Below the pieces are notes generated by a model, which saw only the letters and a list, made by a program, of their open reading frames with translations, had not been told where the DNA came from and made no database searches. A DNA stretch of 64,000 nucleotides from Zancudomyces culisetae HAW-14-8 (taxonomy: Eukaryota > Fungi > Kickxellomycota), in assembly GCA_052426225.1 (NCBI GenBank), contig JBNJNM010000011.1:3410001-3474000 (forward strand), read 5' to 3'. The translations under genes and the position numbers were made by a program. Shown here one piece after another: positions 62,801 through 64,000 of this stretch. Numbering within the stretch: the stretch's first letter is position 1; each line of letters opens with the position of its first letter.

Positions 62801-64000
62801 TATAAGAACCGATCATAAATCCCTTATACAATTATTTAATAGCAAAGATATCACGGGAAGAGTGGCACGGTGGGCCATGATTCTCAGGAATTATGACTAC
62901 ACCATTGTGCACATAGAAGGAAAGTCGAATCCAGCCGACGCATTGTCCCGATTGGACGGACAAAAAGATAAAAGTACAGAAGAAGCAATAGACGTATTTG
63001 CAATGGACTATTTATATTATTCAGCAATCAAAGATTATTTGGAAAATTATAATTATCCATCAGGTGCAGACGAAGGGTTTAGGAAAAAACTTCGCAACAA
63101 AGCTAGCAAATACATTTTGAAGGATGAGCTACTATACCGGAAATCTAAAGGCGTCTTAAAAGAAGTACTGCATGAGAAAAACATCAAAGAGTCAATAAAA
63201 AAGATACACGAAGAATCCCATCTAGGTATTGAAAACACATGGAGAGTGGCGGCTCAAAAGTATTCAGGAGAAGGACTGTACGAAGTAGTTAAACGTGTGG
63301 TAATGGAGTGTTTAAACTGTCAGTATTACAAAGGCAATAGAGAGAAGAGGAGCAAGTTAAACCCGATTGTAGGAAGAGAGCCATTCGAGATATTCGGATT
63401 AGATGCGGTGGGGCCAATTAACCCCGTTTCCGCATCAGGAAACAGATTCATCTTGACAGGTATCGACTACCTAACCAAGTGGCCAGTTGCTCAAGCGGTA
63501 AGTAACATTAGGTCCGAAACCATTGTCAATTTTATTATAACTAAGATAGTTCAGAACTTCGGAGTGCCCAAGCAGATTATAACCGATCGAGGATCAGGAT
63601 TTTTAGGTGATGTGGCCCTCAAAGTATACGAATTTTTGCAAATTCGGCACACACCCACGACATCATATAGGCCGCAGTCAAACGGGCAGGTTGAGAGGCT
63701 CAACCAGACCCTCAAGAACGTGTTAGTTAAACAGTGTATGCACGATAAGGAAAATTGGGATGCCTATTTATGGAAGTCTCTCTTAGCAGTTCGTACAATG
63801 AGGAACAGAGTAACACAGCTTAGTCCAGCAGAGTTACTATACGGAGTTAAACTCACGACGCCTACAATTTGGACACCACCTCCAGAAGTAGATAACTTCG
63901 ATATGGCCATCAAAGAAAGGATTGAGAACATTAAAACTGATATTGAGGAATTGAGAGGAATTGGCTTGGAAAACAGTATCAAAGCAAAAGAGAAGGAGAA
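59808..64000 (+). CDS. Gag-Pol polyprotein, single ORF of at least 1397 codons, open to the window edge
   Basis: All in one frame: CYYCHQEGHRKYEC (60519-60560), AVVDTGA (61182), LRICADYRKLN, MPFGLSN, FIDD (62166), TDAS, H-x4-H..CLNC, GLDAVGP, ITDRG, YRPQSNGQVER. It is absent from the ORF track, consistent with no stop inside the window. Confidence 0.93.
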   Translation, partial: MDNLHLFEAATGEDPEEWVASFELVAKLNKWDAANWVEFIQLYLGKIEKLWYKRNKATFEDWADFKMKFKDNFRIKEQRFEYFEKLKEIKQSKFETIEEFEFKLEEILENAGIKIDSDKVDWLLSALNLDARTAVKEYGAKTWQEIIQFLKKFKTSNPGSVEDSNRDSNTTIQPKVKTAVRGKSIKQMTNEHLGYEQMVKKWDELSLNLLNKVDQVIEQRLRNQNRRFRSDQPRVMKCYYCHQEGHRKYECVRFREAENQVQSKGTDVNMIDIQDRPVERSEVLAVARQTAQTKPEKPYSRAASYTRIVPRAEGTNQVRPRTVEMLVDKEMEETPAKQKVTAKDKVNAVAKPVGKVMSSKTQSEEENGQGSQRVRSKGVLKMAEGIEPFSLKEQLAKWRPDISLPQLMEISPSLTTERSNLCKRTKNAELNEIRLEVPRITNCKIMVKIFDNEFCAVVDTGAACSVATPSLLDEWGLIAEEESDQIIVTADGKRHYSLGRVNEVPLIIGRYQFQVNVTIMERSDNTLILGTDWLLEHQAHIDLKSSEMRLPIGNMMLIVPLYTTSGNASEEFETSEVYYMIKAPSIEQTTEEGYEDKRFEEMLEKNVDLFAEEIDDLTQTRVTEHRIVLNESTPIKQKPYRIPHHLLQQVRNELKTMETNGVISPCVSEWCSPVVAVWKKNGKLRICADYRKLNSVTKKDCYPLPTIEDIFMTLSGSKIFSSLDARSGFWQIRMNLEDRDKTAFSIPGSGSYCYNVMPFGLSNSPASFQRLMEQALSPVLWKTAVVFIDDIIIFSETLDQHLADLQEVFNLLRESQVQLHKGKCKLGMKRLEYLGHVISTEGISTSPSKISAMMETKEPTSVKELQAFLGLTGYYRKFVVGYATTVAPLLKLLKKNCVWSWTEECSGAVKELKDKLCEAPTLSHPDWSREFIVTTDASVQGVGAILSQQFQEGERPISYVSRITNQHEKNYSVSHLEGLAVIWAVSKFKYYLYGKHFVIRTDHKSLIQLFNSKDITGRVARWAMILRNYDYTIVHIEGKSNPADALSRLDGQKDKSTEEAIDVFAMDYLYYSAIKDYLENYNYPSGADEGFRKKLRNKASKYILKDELLYRKSKGVLKEVLHEKNIKESIKKIHEESHLGIENTWRVAAQKYSGEGLYEVVKRVVMECLNCQYYKGNREKRSKLNPIVGREPFEIFGLDAVGPINPVSASGNRFILTGIDYLTKWPVAQAVSNIRSETIVNFIITKIVQNFGVPKQIITDRGSGFLGDVALKVYEFLQIRHTPTTSYRPQSNGQVERLNQTLKNVLVKQCMHDKENWDAYLWKSLLAVRTMRNRVTQLSPAELLYGVKLTTPTIWTPPPEVDNFDMAIKERIENIKTDIEELRGIGLENSIKAKEKE

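Larger units (their letters stand above)
59431..64000 (+). mobile_element. Ty3/Gypsy LTR retrotransposon, 5' part (truncated by the window end)
   Basis: Putative LTR, a tRNA PBS, then Gag(CCHC)-PR-RT-RNaseH-IN in Gypsy order. Confidence 0.93.

Noticed and set aside
1-64000. Selenoprotein or stop-codon recoding (some early-diverging fungi use Sec)
   Set aside because: No spliced gene model needs an in-frame TGA. An apparent TGA near 55436 in the P450-like gene disappears once intron 55145-55265 is included.
1-64000. CRISPR arrays, rRNA, tRNA genes, prokaryotic operons
   Set aside because: None seen; the sequence is eukaryotic with spliceosomal introns.

Overview
AT-rich eukaryotic genomic DNA with short GT-AG introns and CTAAC/TACTAAC-type branch sites. 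The gene set (fungal Rcf2 together with SZT2, ATG101 and Ric8) points to an early-diverging fungus, possibly Kickxellomycotina/Harpellales; the taxon is an inference. Splicing by hand gives about 17 protein-coding genes: a ~5050-aa SZT2 (KICSTOR scaffold), CGI121, MTR3, REX2 oligoribonuclease, ARC40/ARPC1, RIC8, ATG101, a CBM21 PP1-targeting subunit, an acyl-CoA oxidase-like protein, SPT4, RCF2, TRM6, a DUF4112-like membrane protein, a stand-alone Rib2-type deaminase, ETF-ubiquinone oxidoreductase, an 8-exon P450-fold protein and SAD1/USP39. The window ends in the 5' part of an apparently intact Ty3/Gypsy LTR retrotransposon with a single Gag-Pol ORF. The most striking signal is intact genes for enzyme folds that have selectively lost cofactor-binding residues: a full-length P450-like protein without the heme-thiolate cysteine, and an acyl-CoA oxidase-like protein without its FAD-binding motifs and with a masked PTS1. 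All family calls come from motif recognition by eye; no database search was run.
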